From contig JBOFUV010000133.1 of NCBI GenBank assembly GCA_051652765.1, positions 38,322-102,321 of the forward strand: a stretch of 64,000 nucleotides of DNA, read 5' to 3'. Position 1 is the stretch's first letter. Every line of letters starts with the position of its first letter. The notes beneath the pieces were generated by a model. That model ran no database searches and was not told the origin of the DNA. It saw only the letters and a program-made list of their open reading frames with translations. Shown here piece after piece: positions 30,459 to 40,469 of the stretch. Source of the stretch: Microcoleaceae cyanobacterium (GTDB lineage Bacteria; Cyanobacteriota; Cyanobacteriia; Cyanobacteriales; Microcoleaceae). The translations under genes and the position numbers were made by a program.

Positions 30459-31025
30459 ATGCGGGTCGCAGGAATTGATGAGGTTGGGCGCGGGGCTCTG
30501 TTTGGGCCAGTTGTTACAGCCGCAGTGGTATTGTCAGCAACCCAGGTAGAACAACTTGCTCAAGCTGGGGTTCGAGATAGTAAGTTGCTAACCCCTCGGT
30601 CTCGCCAGCAGTTGGCGAACCAAATTCGAGCAATTGCCCTTGACTATACGATCGGCCTTGCCTCTGTCCAAGAAATTGATCGGCTGAATATTCTACAAGC
30701 CACTCTCCTTGCCATGAAACGAGCTATTTTAAAGCTCAGCCCCCTGCCTGAACACTGTTTGATTGACGGCAATCAGCCCATTCCTGACCTAGGGATTTCT
30801 CAGCAAGCCATTATTCAAGGCGATCGCTATTTCATCCCGATTGCTGCAGCTAGCATTGTGGCAAAAGTGTGGCGGGATGAATTAATAGTTCGTCTAGCCT
30901 CCAGGTATCCTGAGTACGATCTGGCTCAGAACAAGGGATATGGGACAAAAAAGCATCGGCAAGCTCTCCTAGATCATGGCCCTTCTCGCCAGCACCGTCT
31001 GTCCTTTAGCCCGTGTAGACTTTAA
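30459..31025 (+). CDS. rnhB: Ribonuclease HII
   Basis: GIDEVGRG, DSK, AAASIVAKV and KGYGT motifs. Confidence 0.95.
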   Translation: MRVAGIDEVGRGALFGPVVTAAVVLSATQVEQLAQAGVRDSKLLTPRSRQQLANQIRAIALDYTIGLASVQEIDRLNILQATLLAMKRAILKLSPLPEHCLIDGNQPIPDLGISQQAIIQGDRYFIPIAAASIVAKVWRDELIVRLASRYPEYDLAQNKGYGTKKHRQALLDHGPSRQHRLSFSPCRL

Positions 31026-31150
31026 ACTCACCCTCGCAATCTATCAGCTCACCACCTATAGCAATCTCAAATTTAACAATTGCTGTCGCCTTAAACCTAC
31101 CGATGTTTGATTCGATTTGAGATACCCTAGAGTTGTGAACTGGAGAGAGT

Positions 31151-31522
31151 ATGGCAACTATCAAACCCGATCAAGCAAGAGAAGAACGGATTGATGCAGA
31201 AATTATTGTAGATGCCTACACAGAAGAAGAACAGGTTTTAGGATGGTATTACTACCTGCAACAAAAAATGGGGTTTCCTTTCAAAGCAAAATGGTTGATC
31301 CCCTCTAGCCCTGAAGGCAAGGAAGTCGAAGTTGTGAGTATGTCACCCGAGGAGGAATGTATTCACGAAATGTACGTACAGGTTTTGTATCATGATCCGT
31401 CTAGTGAGGATGTGTTCTCAGCCCGTTTAGCTGAGATTCAACCCGTGGAAGTTGATGCGAATACAATTGAGGCGATCGCGGACTGGCATTATTGGGTAGA
31501 AATGGACTATGCCTTTGGTTAA
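31151..31522 (+). CDS. ccbP: Calcium-binding protein CcbP-like
   Basis: REERI..EIIVDA...E...GWYYYL...FPF..KW and EAIADW.YW patterns match Anabaena CcbP as recalled. Confidence 0.82.
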   Translation: MATIKPDQAREERIDAEIIVDAYTEEEQVLGWYYYLQQKMGFPFKAKWLIPSSPEGKEVEVVSMSPEEECIHEMYVQVLYHDPSSEDVFSARLAEIQPVEVDANTIEAIADWHYWVEMDYAFG

Positions 31523-31721
31523 GCTTAGCCTCTGATGCCGATCATTGTCCGTAGTGCTTGCCATCTCAGTACTAGAACTGTGTCCTGAGGTTGTGCCCTG
31601 AAGGTGTGGCTTAATTGTAGTTTGAGTTGTAGATTAAATCGTAGTCTGGAATTGTGTCTTAAGATGGGAACTTGTAAACTTAAATGCTGTTCCACTTCTC
31701 TGATCTGTGGAAAGGTAAATC

Positions 31722-33890
31722 ATGCTAATTTGTCCCCAGTGTGACTTTGACAATCCTGACGGGAATAAGTTTTGTCAACAGTGTGGCGAATCCCTAACGC
31801 AGGCACCTTGCCCAAATTGTGCAACCTTGGTCACTTGGGATTACTTAAACTGTCCTCAGTGTGGGATAAAAACGGGACGAGTCTGGTTGGCCATCATTAC
31901 AGGCCGCGATGAAACTAGTCAGCCTGCCAATCAAACAGCGGATTTGGGCTCTCAATTATTGACAACTCAGAATCAGGTAGAAAGTGATCATCTAGCTGGG
32001 GCTGTAACGACTGTACAGACTTCTGCTGAGTCTTCCCTGGATGTCCTCAGCTCAAACGCTGCGGATGAACCCTTAGTGTCCGCTGATGATATCAAGCCTT
32101 CAGAATTAGAGGGTTCGGCAGGTGGAGATTCTCCTGCCCCTGAGCTAGAAGGAGGAGATTCCCAAGAAGCTGAAGCAGGAGCAGTTTGGAGCACCCAAAC
32201 CTTTGATGCTAGACAAATTCCCGACAAAGATGCCCTCAAACAGCCTGAACAAGCTGGTCAAGGATCTGCCATTGCAACAGAATTTCCTCAACAGTTTTTA
32301 TTTTTAGATCCTCAACATCGCTATCAATTGCTGAAACCCTTTCCCCCTCCGGCTAAAGGGGAGACGGTTGCCACTCTTGTGCTAGATTGCCAGCCCCTAC
32401 AACTCTCTCCTCTCAAAGCAGTACAACAAAGTTCGGAGACTTCAGAAACCGAGATAGAGACTTTTATGATTCCAATTGCCCAAGCCTACCTCGCTTTGCA
32501 GGTTCAGTATGGTCAATTTTTTCCTGATCCTCAGGATGCTTGGCAGACGGCTGAGTATGACATTGTTTTATTGGAAGACTACTCAGACTTTCCACTGCTG
32601 CTCAATCAACTCAGTCAGAAAGATACAACTCCTGCCCAAATCGTGCGATTTCTCCAGGGCATGGCAGATCTTTGGAGTGCTTTGGAACCCTGGCATTGTC
32701 AGCGGAGCCTGCTGGAGACTTCAAATTTACGAGTTTTTCCAGATGCTCCTCAGCAACTCTGTTTGCCCAGGTTGTACACAGATTCAGAAGATGTCACCCC
32801 AACTCTGACGAATTTAGGTCAGTTTTGGAAACGTCTCCTCCAAGACTCTCAACGGACTTTGTTTGGCAAGTTGACCGAACTATTACAAGAGCTGAGCGAA
32901 GGTGAGATTCAGACCGTCGATTATCTCAAGCAGGAACTCGCGATCGCCCTGCAACAACTGAGCCCTGAACCCAATTCTCCTAGAGCAACACCCCAAGCCT
33001 CAACTTCGACTCAAATTGAGGGAGACCTTTCAAGACAAGCTGAAGGACAACAAAATGGCAATGAAGTGACAATGCAAGTCCCTGCTCTAGTGAGCTTAGA
33101 GGCAGCAGGTCAAACGGACGTTGGTAAAAAACGAGAGCGTAATGAAGATTTCTTCAGTCTGCAAACCCTGTTGAACTATCAGCAAACTCCGATTGGTCAA
33201 GTGCTAGAAGCCAAAGGGCTGTACATTCTCTGTGATGGCATGGGGGGACATGCAGCAGGAGAAGTTGCTAGCCAACTCGCAGTAGATACCCTGCGTCAAT
33301 ACTTTCAGGGTCAGTGGGTTGGAGAACTCCCGACCGAAGAAACTCTCAAAGATGCAATTGTTCATGCAAATAACATGATCTACGAACTGAATCAGCAGGA
33401 TGTGCGCTCCGGAGCCGGACGCATGGGGACAACTCTGGTCTTGTTGGTAGTTGCAGATAGTCAAGTGGCGATCGCCCATGTCGGAGATAGCCGGATCTAC
33501 CGTTTGAGTGCAACCCAAGGACTAAAACAGGTCACGGTAGACCATGAAGTCGGACAACGAGAAATCCAGCGGGGAGTCACCCCAGAAGTCGCCTACACCC
33601 GCCCTGATGCCTATCAACTGACCCAAGCTCTAGGCCCACGAGATGACAATTTTCTGCGGCCAGATGTGCAATTTATCGACCTTACAGAAGATACCCTCTT
33701 CATCCTGGCTTCTGATGGATTAACAGATAACAACCTGCTCGATCACTCTGTTCAAACCCATCTCCTGCCCCTACTCAACCGAGATGTGAGTTTAAAAGCA
33801 GGAGCAGAAACCCTGGTTAAACTGGCAAACCAACATAATGGCCATGACAATATCACCGTTATTCTAGTTCGAGCCGTAGTTCAACCCTAA
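31722..33890 (+). CDS. PP2C-type Ser/Thr phosphatase with an N-terminal double zinc ribbon
   Basis: Four CxxC pairs; RERNED, LCDGMGGH, HVGDSR, ASDGL and GHDNIT motifs. Confidence 0.9.
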   Translation: MLICPQCDFDNPDGNKFCQQCGESLTQAPCPNCATLVTWDYLNCPQCGIKTGRVWLAIITGRDETSQPANQTADLGSQLLTTQNQVESDHLAGAVTTVQTSAESSLDVLSSNAADEPLVSADDIKPSELEGSAGGDSPAPELEGGDSQEAEAGAVWSTQTFDARQIPDKDALKQPEQAGQGSAIATEFPQQFLFLDPQHRYQLLKPFPPPAKGETVATLVLDCQPLQLSPLKAVQQSSETSETEIETFMIPIAQAYLALQVQYGQFFPDPQDAWQTAEYDIVLLEDYSDFPLLLNQLSQKDTTPAQIVRFLQGMADLWSALEPWHCQRSLLETSNLRVFPDAPQQLCLPRLYTDSEDVTPTLTNLGQFWKRLLQDSQRTLFGKLTELLQELSEGEIQTVDYLKQELAIALQQLSPEPNSPRATPQASTSTQIEGDLSRQAEGQQNGNEVTMQVPALVSLEAAGQTDVGKKRERNEDFFSLQTLLNYQQTPIGQVLEAKGLYILCDGMGGHAAGEVASQLAVDTLRQYFQGQWVGELPTEETLKDAIVHANNMIYELNQQDVRSGAGRMGTTLVLLVVADSQVAIAHVGDSRIYRLSATQGLKQVTVDHEVGQREIQRGVTPEVAYTRPDAYQLTQALGPRDDNFLRPDVQFIDLTEDTLFILASDGLTDNNLLDHSVQTHLLPLLNRDVSLKAGAETLVKLANQHNGHDNITVILVRAVVQP

Positions 33891-33915
33891 CTAAATTCAA
33901 ATTCAAGATTGTCTG

Positions 33916-33950
33916 AAGTCCCCCTTAACAAGGGGGATTTTAGGGGGATC
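33916..33950. repeat. Cyanobacterial small palindromic dispersed repeat
   Basis: AAGTCCCCCTT-AAC-AAGGGGGATTTTAGGGGGATC between convergent genes. Confidence 0.75.
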
Positions 33951-34413
33951 AATGGGCAGCAACGTCAGGGAAAAGCTGGGAGAGGTGAACTTGCTCAAGT
34001 TGACTAATATCAGTCAATAACTCTCGCAAAATCAGATTCACACTCCCATCCCGCCGTCTTGTTAAATCCCAATGTGCAATCAACTGATTCAAATCTCCTT
34101 GGACAAAACTTGACCACAGTTTTTCTTCAGTGCGTTCGTCTTCCTGGTATTCCTCTAAAGTTGGCCCAACAACATCTTGCCACATCAGCTTGGTTAAAAG
34201 CGTTGGTTTGCTAGTCTCAATACATTCTAGAAAGCAATTCAAGATATCGAACAGCCGAATTGACTGTCGGACTGCAACGGGAAAAAGGTAATCACATCCT
34301 TGCCGATATTGGCAGTAAAAATCAATAAATAAAGTTGAGCTTGGATCAGAATATTTTGATTTGAGGGTCTGAACGTGATAGTTCAAGTCCTTGGTTGCTG
34401 GCGTAATGTCCAT
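33949..34413 (-). CDS. Hypothetical protein (154 aa)
   Basis: ATG-initiated ORF filling the gap; no recognised motif. Confidence 0.6.
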   Translation of the reverse strand: MDITPATKDLNYHVQTLKSKYSDPSSTLFIDFYCQYRQGCDYLFPVAVRQSIRLFDILNCFLECIETSKPTLLTKLMWQDVVGPTLEEYQEDERTEEKLWSSFVQGDLNQLIAHWDLTRRRDGSVNLILRELLTDISQLEQVHLSQLFPDVAAH

Positions 34414-34515
34414 AATCGTTTATGAGTATATTGGGAGAGCAGCTACTAGCAACCCTAGCTGCTAACAGAATCAACCTAGAATTTGTTTAGGATCATTTCT
34501 ATTTTTCGAGTCCCT

Positions 34516-34553
34516 TTTTTGAATCCTCTTTTTGAATCCTCTTTTTGAATCCT
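34516..34553. repeat. Tandem repeat, 3 x 13 bp (TTTTTGAATCCTC)
   Basis: Read directly. Confidence 0.9.
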
Positions 34554-34707
34554 ACTTAATTCCTAGTCGTTTTTCCAACTTGATTGGGCCGTGTCAGTCG
34601 ATGTTGAGCGAGCGAACAACCGCCTTATCCTAAATCCAGTTCTGGATTGCCAGTCAACGGAATATCCTCAGAGCCTAGAACAGACCGATCCAACCGTAAT
34701 ATTGTCA

Positions 34708-35925
34708 ATGTTGCCAACAGACTTACTCAGTTATCGCCATCAAGGAGAAACGATAACACCTTTAAAACTGAACCTTAATGCTCAGAATTTAGACCTTGCC
34801 ACTCAGGTGATTCAGTGCTTTCAAACCTCTGTCAAGGGGACTCAAGCCGATCTAGATCAGCGCTTGCAGGACTTTGAAGGGGATAGTCCTGACTATCGAT
34901 TGAAGCGGGGATTGGCTCATTTACTCAAAACCAGCTTCTGTACCTTTGAAGTGATTAGTCCCCTGGAACCGGTGAACCTGCGAGAGCGGGTTTTTGCCCT
35001 AGCTGCCAACGTTCCACCCAGTCTCAATTCTACTGAACAAACCCTAGAAACCCTGGCCCGACAATTCAGTCAGGAACTTGGTCGAGAGGTCTTTCCTGAG
35101 GAGATCCAGGCAGGTCTCTATGCAGACTTGCTGGAAAATCGCATCTTAACTCAGTTTGAAGCGCCGACACCTGAAGCTTTACTGCATCGCTACAATCTCT
35201 CCCAGGTTCAAGGCATTTTTTACAAAGCGAGTCAGATTCAAATTAACGCCCACCGCAATGATCCAGGAGAGTATAAACTCTTATTCCGCTATCTCAAATT
35301 ATTTCAGCTCATGGCCTATATCGAAGGAGATGCCGATCATGGATTTACCCTCACCCTGGATGGGCCTACAAGTTTGTTTAAATCTAGCACTCGCTATGGC
35401 CTGTCCCTAGCAAAAATGATTCCAGCTCTATTACACGTAACGAAGTGGAGCTTGCGAGCAACGCTGCATCACCGCGATCGCTATACAGGCGTGAGCAAAA
35501 CAGGTTACTTTACATTAAATCCTGACTGCGGGCTGGTCACGCACTATCCCCCCGGAAAACCCTATGACAGCCTGCTTGAGCAAGCCTTTGTCACCCGTTG
35601 GCAGTCCCTAAAAACAGACTGGACATTGGAACGGGAAGTAGATTTAATTCCGATTCCTGGAAGTGTTATGATTCCTGACTTTCGGTTGGTACATCCAGAC
35701 GGTCGCGTGTTTTTGCTCGAAATCGTTGGGTATTGGCGACCCGAATATTTGCAGAAGAAGTTCTATCAAGTGCAAAAAGCAAATTGCGACAACCTGATTT
35801 TAGCAATTTCAGAACGCTTAAACCTTGAAAAAGCTGGAGTTAAACTCAGTAACGTGACCGCCAAAATCATTTGGTTCAAGGACAAACTACCTCCCAAAGC
35901 TGTTTTAGACGCAATCAATCAATGA
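34708..35925 (+). CDS. DUF790 (Bax1-like) predicted PD-(D/E)xK nuclease
   Basis: MLPTDLL start, LYADL, RYNL..VQG, LDGP.SLF...RYG and IPDF...LLEIVGYW motifs. Confidence 0.85.
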   Translation: MLPTDLLSYRHQGETITPLKLNLNAQNLDLATQVIQCFQTSVKGTQADLDQRLQDFEGDSPDYRLKRGLAHLLKTSFCTFEVISPLEPVNLRERVFALAANVPPSLNSTEQTLETLARQFSQELGREVFPEEIQAGLYADLLENRILTQFEAPTPEALLHRYNLSQVQGIFYKASQIQINAHRNDPGEYKLLFRYLKLFQLMAYIEGDADHGFTLTLDGPTSLFKSSTRYGLSLAKMIPALLHVTKWSLRATLHHRDRYTGVSKTGYFTLNPDCGLVTHYPPGKPYDSLLEQAFVTRWQSLKTDWTLEREVDLIPIPGSVMIPDFRLVHPDGRVFLLEIVGYWRPEYLQKKFYQVQKANCDNLILAISERLNLEKAGVKLSNVTAKIIWFKDKLPPKAVLDAINQ

Positions 35926-36043
35926 ATGAATTAAGTGATAAGTGAATGAATGAATAGTGTGAACTAGATGATATGAACTAGATGTGAACTCAGTTGATCT
36001 TAAAGCCGAGTTGGCTGGCATTCACACCCTGAACAAAGGGCAA

Positions 36044-36328
36044 CTAACCCAGGAGCATAAATTCAACTTGAGGCAGGATTGGATCTTCAACTAAGCCAAT
36101 CCCAACAAACCCCCACCGTTGCAAAATGCTCTTGATTTGAGGGCCAGTAATCGCTTCTATCGCAAACCGATCTGCCCATTCCTGAGCATATTTATTCAGA
36201 TAACTCAGGGCATCAAACTGTTCTGAAAACAGCAATAAATACTTCGTCGCTGCATCTGGATTGGGATGGGCAGCGATGTATTGACCGTCTTGTTTGGAGC
36301 GAAGGATGTAATAGACTTGAGACAACAT
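36044..36328 (-). CDS. Conserved cyanobacterial hypothetical protein
   Basis: YYILRSKQDGQY..., LLLFSE.FDALSYLN and RWGF.GIG.V.DP patterns; 3 bp from the upstream permease. Confidence 0.7.
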   Translation of the reverse strand: MLSQVYYILRSKQDGQYIAAHPNPDAATKYLLLFSEQFDALSYLNKYAQEWADRFAIEAITGPQIKSILQRWGFVGIGLVEDPILPQVEFMLLG

Positions 36329-36331
36329 TTC

Positions 36332-37387
36332 CTATCTCAAATCCTCCAACTTAATTCGAGGATCAACCACTTTTAACAACAAATCAGCCAATAAGTTTCC
36401 GACAATTAACATCAAAGCCCCCATCATCAAACTCGCCATCACTAAATACAAATCCTGTTGCCGAACGGCTTGTAAAATCAAGGCTCCTAACCCCGGCCAA
36501 TTGAAGAAGTTTTCAGTAATAAATGCACCGCTTAACAACGACGCAAACTCAAATCCCAGTAGGGTAATCAGGGGGTTAATCGCATTCCGCAGGGCATGAA
36601 CATAAATCACTCGTTCTTCCGGGAGTCCCTTGGCGCGGGCAGTTTGAATATAGTCCTGTCGCAAAACATCTAACAGTTGTCCCCGCATCAAACGCTGTAA
36701 CCCAGCAAAGCTGGTAATGCTCAAGGCAAGGGTGGGTAGAATCATGTGCCACCCAATATCCAAGACTTTGCCTAAGGGAGAGAGATCTGGATAGTCAATA
36801 CTAGTCATGCCGCCAACGGGAAACAGGGGAGAGGTATGTTGGGCCAGATACAACAGCAGTAAGGCCGTAATAAAGCTCGGAAATCCCTGACCCGTGTAAC
36901 TAATCAGTTGCAAGAACCGATCCAAAAATTGATTCTGTTTCACAGCCCCAATCACTCCCAAGGGCAGCGCGATCGCCCAAGTCAAAATCAGCGAGGAAAT
37001 CGAGAGTAACAAAGTTGCCGGAACTCGTTCCCACAGGAGAGCTGAAACAGGACGTTGATTTGCAAAACTAAACCCAAAATCTCCCTGGGTGATAATCCGC
37101 CTCAACCAATTGAAATACTGGGCGATCGGGTGCTGATCCAGCCCAAATTGTTGGGTGAGCTGGGTGATGGTTTCCGGAGAAACTTGAGGATTTTGCCTCA
37201 ACTCATCCAGATAGTTCCCTGGTGCGAGTTGAACAATCGCAAAACAGAGCACTGAAGCCAACAACAGGGTAATTGCTGCTTGAAATAATCGCTTGCCAAT
37301 GTAAGGTAGGGTGTCACCCTCTAACAAAGCTGAGAGCAAGACTCTGTCTCGCGTCTGAACAATCCATTGACTCACTTTACTGGTCAT
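36332..37387 (-). CDS. ABC transporter permease (DppB/OppB family)
   Basis: FGLDQ, GDFG.S, EAA loop DYIQTARAKGL, HALRNA and FNWPGLG motifs. Confidence 0.92.
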   Translation of the reverse strand: MTSKVSQWIVQTRDRVLLSALLEGDTLPYIGKRLFQAAITLLLASVLCFAIVQLAPGNYLDELRQNPQVSPETITQLTQQFGLDQHPIAQYFNWLRRIITQGDFGFSFANQRPVSALLWERVPATLLLSISSLILTWAIALPLGVIGAVKQNQFLDRFLQLISYTGQGFPSFITALLLLYLAQHTSPLFPVGGMTSIDYPDLSPLGKVLDIGWHMILPTLALSITSFAGLQRLMRGQLLDVLRQDYIQTARAKGLPEERVIYVHALRNAINPLITLLGFEFASLLSGAFITENFFNWPGLGALILQAVRQQDLYLVMASLMMGALMLIVGNLLADLLLKVVDPRIKLEDLR

Positions 37388-37449
37388 TCCCTGAATTTTT
37401 ATTCCCAACTCTTTACCAACGTTGCTGTGCTTGACCCCTCGCTAATTCT

Positions 37450-37965
37450 TTAATCGTACTGCAACACTGTAATAATTGGCACATCTGGCAATCCTTGGCG
37501 GCCATTTAGGCTCTTGAGTTCGATGATAAACCCAAAACCTACCACTTCACAGCCCGCCTGCTCAATCAGTTTGGCCGTAGCCCTCGCCGTTCCTCCTGTG
37601 GCAATCAAATCATCCACAATCAACACCCGACTGCCCTTGGGCATAGCATCTTGGTGAATTTCCAGGCAATCTGTGCCATATTCCAAGTCGTAGGAAACCG
37701 AATAAACGGAGGCAGGCAATTTCCCGGGTTTACGAACGGGGACAAACCCACGACCCAATTGATAGGCTAATGGAACGCCAAACAGGAATCCCCGAGACTC
37801 CATACCAACGATATAGTCTGGGGAGTAAGGGACACAGGACTCAGAGAAGCAATCAATGGTGTATCGCAGTGCCTCGGGATGGCTCAACAGCGGGGTAATA
37901 TCCTTGAACAAAATGCCAGGTTTGGGGAAATTTGGGACTTCACGAATAAAAGACTTAAGATCCAT
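37450..37965 (-). CDS. apt: Adenine phosphoribosyltransferase
   Basis: [25 protein letters not shown] and [10 protein letters not shown] motifs. Confidence 0.97.
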   Translation of the reverse strand: MDLKSFIREVPNFPKPGILFKDITPLLSHPEALRYTIDCFSESCVPYSPDYIVGMESRGFLFGVPLAYQLGRGFVPVRKPGKLPASVYSVSYDLEYGTDCLEIHQDAMPKGSRVLIVDDLIATGGTARATAKLIEQAGCEVVGFGFIIELKSLNGRQGLPDVPIITVLQYD

Positions 37966-38087
37966 CGACGTTAAAATAAAGTTTACTGAGTTAACTGATC
38001 TGGCTAGATTCAGCCCCTTAGGCTTTAGCTAGAGGAATTATAAGATTAATCTGGAAGGCAGACCTAGCTAGTAGATACTAGGGGGGT

Positions 38088-38182
38088 TGTAATTAATTGT
38101 CAGAAAGAAGGGGGTCTGGGGCGTTGCCCCAGGAAGAAGGCAACGCCTCCTCCACCCCAAATTGATCTTCTACTGAATTACA
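38088..38182. repeat. Structured GC-rich dispersed element with TGTAATT/AATTACA ends
   Basis: Core GGGGT-CTGGGG-CGTTG-CCCCAG-...-ACCCC forms a multi-stem structure. Confidence 0.6.
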
Positions 38183-38619
38183 CTGAGTCACTTAATACTG
38201 GATCATTAAAATAATTGTCATATTCGGTTGTGATGTGAGTACTCTATAGTAGGGACGTGTAACTTCTTGCGTGGGCCTCTAGCCAGTGGTTTTCTGGATT
38301 ACTTCACAAAAGTTTGCCTGAACGCGAGATGCTTAGCTGACAAAAGTTGGGGCCTGGGCTGCTAAATTGAAGTTGATCGTTTTAAAGCTGGCCATTAAAA
38401 TCACTTGACCCAACGGGACAGATACAAACCAAAGTTAAACCTAATTTGAGATCAAACCTGATTTGAGTGGCATGATGGCTGTAATAATTCTAGGATAGAC
38501 TGTCCATCATTTCAGAGAGCCTGTATTTCAGAGGGATTGATCTTAGAGCGTTTAATCTAAGAAAAAGTTTCTCTTTCATCTCCCTGCTCCCCCCGTGTTG
38601 ATCCAATGCCGTAAGCAGA

Positions 38620-39228
38620 ATGCAGTTAGAAAGTTCCCCAATCGATTTAACCCCAACTCTTTTACAAAGTCTGCCAGACTTTTCAGTTGCAAGTCAGGAA
38701 TGCCCCCGCCGTGCTCGCACTCAGATTGACTTGTTGTTGCTGGCAATTGAAGCGCTATATCTGGGAGGCGGTGGAGGTGAACAAATGTTGGCCCTGATTC
38801 CAAAGCTAGATTTGCAAGGTGTGATTCAGAATCGAGTTGTGCTTTGGCAACTCCGCAGTACCAATCCATTGAGACGGTATAGTCAGCGCCGCTCCCTAAC
38901 GTTGACTGAGGCCAAGGCATTTGTGGCAATTATTCATTATTTAAGCCGTCAACTCACGGTTCCCATTCGACAGTTTTTGCTGGATTATCACCAACTTCAG
39001 ACCAAGCAAATTCCCCTGGATCATCATGTCCAACTCTCTGCTTATTTAGAACGATTTCGGACTCATTTTCGCAGTCGGATGAATCCTCGACGGGCGGGAG
39101 TCATGGCTTACAGTTCCCCGGAGAAACTGAATGCTTTAGCCATGGATTTATTAGAAAAGTTACTGTTTTGTACGGGTACGGCAGGAATGCAGCGGCTTTG
39201 GAGTAGTTTGTTTGATGGAGAGCTTTAA
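38620..39228 (+). CDS. DUF3038 family protein
   Basis: DLLLLAIEAL, LW.LR..NPLR and LLFCTGTAG..RLW.SLFDGE motifs. Confidence 0.8.
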   Translation: MQLESSPIDLTPTLLQSLPDFSVASQECPRRARTQIDLLLLAIEALYLGGGGGEQMLALIPKLDLQGVIQNRVVLWQLRSTNPLRRYSQRRSLTLTEAKAFVAIIHYLSRQLTVPIRQFLLDYHQLQTKQIPLDHHVQLSAYLERFRTHFRSRMNPRRAGVMAYSSPEKLNALAMDLLEKLLFCTGTAGMQRLWSSLFDGEL

Positions 39229-40301
39229 TGACTATTCAGCGAAAATACAGTTCCCCCAGTTGTCAGTTAGTCTTGCAAGGATTGATTGATGGGAAAAGCA
39301 ACCCCTCGGAGTCTCGACCCTGCATGTCCATGTTGATGGATGCAGAGTGTAAGTTTACAGATTTCACTCAATCCCTAACCGGGGGACGAGAGTTCTTTGA
39401 AAGTTTGGTGACTCAGATCAGCCGCTACACCCAAACGATCTTGAGTGATGTTGCAGTCCCAGAGTCCCCCGCAAATGCTTCAAGTCCAGTCCATTTGCAA
39501 CGGATGGGCGACAATTTACATCGCTTGACCGTGCGGCTAGACCCTGGCGAGAGTGTTGAATTTGCCACCCAGGGTTCCCCCGTGACCCAGTTGGATTTGA
39601 CAACCGTGCAATTGTTTGACTTAGTTGAAACAATTGACCAGTTTTTTGCTGATCCACGCACCCTGCCCAGCTTGACTCTGGATTTACAACCCATTGGGAA
39701 ACGAGAGGTGAAGCCCGATCAACCCCTAGCTCAACAAGCTATTCCAGCGGCAGTTGGGCTCGCAAGTGTCGCCTTAGCCGCGATCGCTTTCCTCTCCTTG
39801 CCCGTTCCCGAGGTCAAGCCCCCCAAAGATCTCCTGCCTCAGCCCCAAACTGAAGCTCAAACCGAGGAAACCCTTGCGGAAACCCCAGGGGCAACTCCGC
39901 CCCCGGAGGGATCAACTGATGGGTCTGCCCTTCCCCCGGTAGCCAAATCCCCTCAAAATCTGGAATCTACCTTGGCTCCTGGCCCAGTGATCACCGATCC
40001 AGCCCTAGTGAAGCGATTACAAGCAGGACTGAATGAAAAATTGATTCAGGGTTGGGTTGTCACCCCTGAACTCTCTCGTTCCTTGATGTATCGAGTCAGT
40101 GTCGCTGAAGACGGAGATATTGTTGGGTACGATTCGATTAACGATGCCACCACCCAGGAGGAAAAGTTGATTCCCCTGCCTCAATTGCTGTACCGCGCTC
40201 CTGCCAGTTCTCGGATTGAAGAACCTCTAGCAGATTTTAAAGTTGCCTTCAATCCTAATGGACAGGTCGAGGTCAATCCCTGGACAGAGGAGAAAAACTA
40301 G
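39228..40301 (+). CDS. DUF4335 family membrane protein
   Basis: RKYS.P.C.L.L.G, GGREFFE.L and QLFDLVE.IDQ motifs, one TM helix; TAATG-coupled to DUF3038. Confidence 0.75.
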   Translation: MTIQRKYSSPSCQLVLQGLIDGKSNPSESRPCMSMLMDAECKFTDFTQSLTGGREFFESLVTQISRYTQTILSDVAVPESPANASSPVHLQRMGDNLHRLTVRLDPGESVEFATQGSPVTQLDLTTVQLFDLVETIDQFFADPRTLPSLTLDLQPIGKREVKPDQPLAQQAIPAAVGLASVALAAIAFLSLPVPEVKPPKDLLPQPQTEAQTEETLAETPGATPPPEGSTDGSALPPVAKSPQNLESTLAPGPVITDPALVKRLQAGLNEKLIQGWVVTPELSRSLMYRVSVAEDGDIVGYDSINDATTQEEKLIPLPQLLYRAPASSRIEEPLADFKVAFNPNGQVEVNPWTEEKN

Positions 40302-40404
40302 TGTTGCACCCATGAAGTTCTGCAATATGGGGTTTGGGGGCTGGGCTCCCAAGCAGGGGTTTTACCCCTTCACCCGTTGTAAAACTTTTGTTTTGCTGCA
40401 CTGG
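40298..40404. mobile_element. MITE-like structured element (about 107 bp)
   Basis: Imperfect TIRs CTAGTGTTGCA / TGCTGCACTGG, inner pairing GAAGTTCTGCAA / TTGTAAAACTTT, and a core related to 38111-38158. Confidence 0.5.
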
Positions 40405-40469
40405 CTCGAAAGTTAGCTCAGAAATTAGCTCAGAAATTAGCAAAAAAGGCAAGCGACTTCAGCAAACTG

